Source: Pseudomonadota bacterium
GTDB taxonomy: Bacteria; Pseudomonadota; Gammaproteobacteria; Burkholderiales; Burkholderiaceae_C
Direction of reading: 5' to 3'
Assembly: GCA_040385325.1 (NCBI GenBank)
Contig: JAZKHN010000089.1
Span: 2,169-66,168 of the forward strand
Length of the DNA: 64,000 bases
Part shown: positions 63,172-64,000 of the stretch, piece by piece
How the letters are laid out: every line of letters starts with the position of its first letter
How positions within the stretch are numbered: the first letter of the stretch is position 1
The notes under the pieces: model-generated
The model's database searches: none
The model's input: only the letters and a program-made list of their open reading frames with translations
Told to the model about the DNA's origin: nothing
Program-made: the position numbers and the translations under genes

Positions 63172-63624
63172 TTAAACGGCCCTATTGCCGTTTGTCCAGG
63201 AGCGCTCAAGCCGGGCGCGGAAGACCCAGCGCTCGCCAGCTTCACGAGAAACACGCTGCACCATCTCAAGGGCCTGGGCGGCACCGTGCTCAGTGGTGAG
63301 GTGTCCAAGGGCAGCGCGTATGCCGTCCCGGGAAGCGAGGACAGCCCAGTGGGTCACACCGGGCGCGTTCGCGTCGTCTGGGCCGATCTGGCCAGCCTGG
63401 CGCCGGTCGATCGTGCCGGCTGGCAGTTCGCAATGCCCGACCTGGTCCACGCCTTCCGCCTGGAGCCGCACCAGGTGATCGAGATCTGGTTCTGTATTCG
63501 AGCCCCAGAGCGGCAGCAAGCGATACACGATCCCAGTCGGCTCATGCGTCGCCTTGCCGGTGGCCATCTCAAACGTCCAGGCGTCGGCCCTTGCCTTTGC
63601 CTTGTCCTTGCGGTCTTTGCTCAC
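63172..63624 (-). CDS. Hypothetical protein
   Basis: GTG start with GGGAGG RBS; 150 aa; phage or host origin unclear. Confidence 0.55.
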   Translation of the reverse strand: MSKDRKDKAKARADAWTFEMATGKATHEPTGIVYRLLPLWGSNTEPDLDHLVRLQAEGVDQVGHCELPAGTIDRRQAGQIGPDDANAPGVTHWAVLASRDGIRAALGHLTTEHGAAQALEMVQRVSREAGERWVFRARLERSWTNGNRAV

Positions 63625-63637
63625 GGTGAGCCTCCCA

Positions 63638-63892
63638 TCAAGCCCTGGGCGGCTTCGCGGCGTCAAGCGCCCGCTGTATGCCCTTGCTCACGTTTCCATC
63701 GCCCAGCAAAGCGGCCTTGTCGAGATGCGTCTGCATCAGCATGACATTGGTCCGGATCTTGTGCAGCTCCGGTGGCTTGGGCGGCGCGCCTCGGGCCTTT
63801 TTCGGCTCTTCAGCCCCGGTTGCATCAGCGGGCGCGATATTGCGCTTGCGAGCCCCGGGTGCATCGCCGTGCGTGGTCGGATTTTTTGCCAT
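63638..63892 (-). CDS. Small DNA-binding (ribbon-helix-helix-like) protein
   Basis: RGAPPKP...RTNVML...LGDGNVSKGIQRAL. Confidence 0.55.
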   Translation of the reverse strand: MAKNPTTHGDAPGARKRNIAPADATGAEEPKKARGAPPKPPELHKIRTNVMLMQTHLDKAALLGDGNVSKGIQRALDAAKPPRA

Positions 63893-64000
63893 CTGCAAAA
63901 CCGGGCGGTTAACCCGCCCGGCCCTCAAGTTAGATTATTTTGGCATTGGACGCTGGTCAATGACCGCGCCGCGCAACTCACCTGCCATCGTGAACAGGCC

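Noticed and set aside
62878-64000. Prophage attachment site (attR)
   Set aside because: No integrase, tRNA target or direct-repeat partner is visible within the window, so the boundary cannot be placed.

Overview
Almost the whole window is one temperate, lambdoid/HK97-like siphophage or prophage of about 60% GC. Its host-like DnaB points to a betaproteobacterial, probably Comamonadaceae, host (inference). Layout: (i) 1-19.3 kb is a leftward early operon. It carries an RtcB RNA ligase missed by the ORF track and cut by the window edge, an HNH nuclease, a Lar-like protein, a mosaic MazG-like protein, a HerA-like ATPase, ASCH and DUF5131 proteins, a C5 methyltransferase with 8 internal repeats, an ATP-dependent RNA ligase, YqaJ/Bet recombination genes and an acyl carrier protein. 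(ii) 19.3-21.5 kb is the immunity switch with visible operators. (iii) 21.7-34 kb holds helicase, N4/N6 methyltransferase, replication, nin-like genes and a Q-like antiterminator. (iv) 34.0-35.0 kb is a dense non-coding RNA region with tRNA-Trp(CCA) and two aberrant tRNA-like elements. (v) 36-60.5 kb is packaging, head and tail, interrupted by a six-gene glycosyltransferase/methyltransferase cassette. (vi) 60.5-62.9 kb is lysis. No integrase or att site is visible. There are two best candidates for an undescribed system: a putative virion-glycosylation cassette inside the head-tail module, and an RNA repair/tRNA-mimic module (two ligase chemistries plus three tRNA-like RNAs with altered arms, one hidden in frame inside a CDS). 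All protein calls come from motif recognition by eye; no searches were run.
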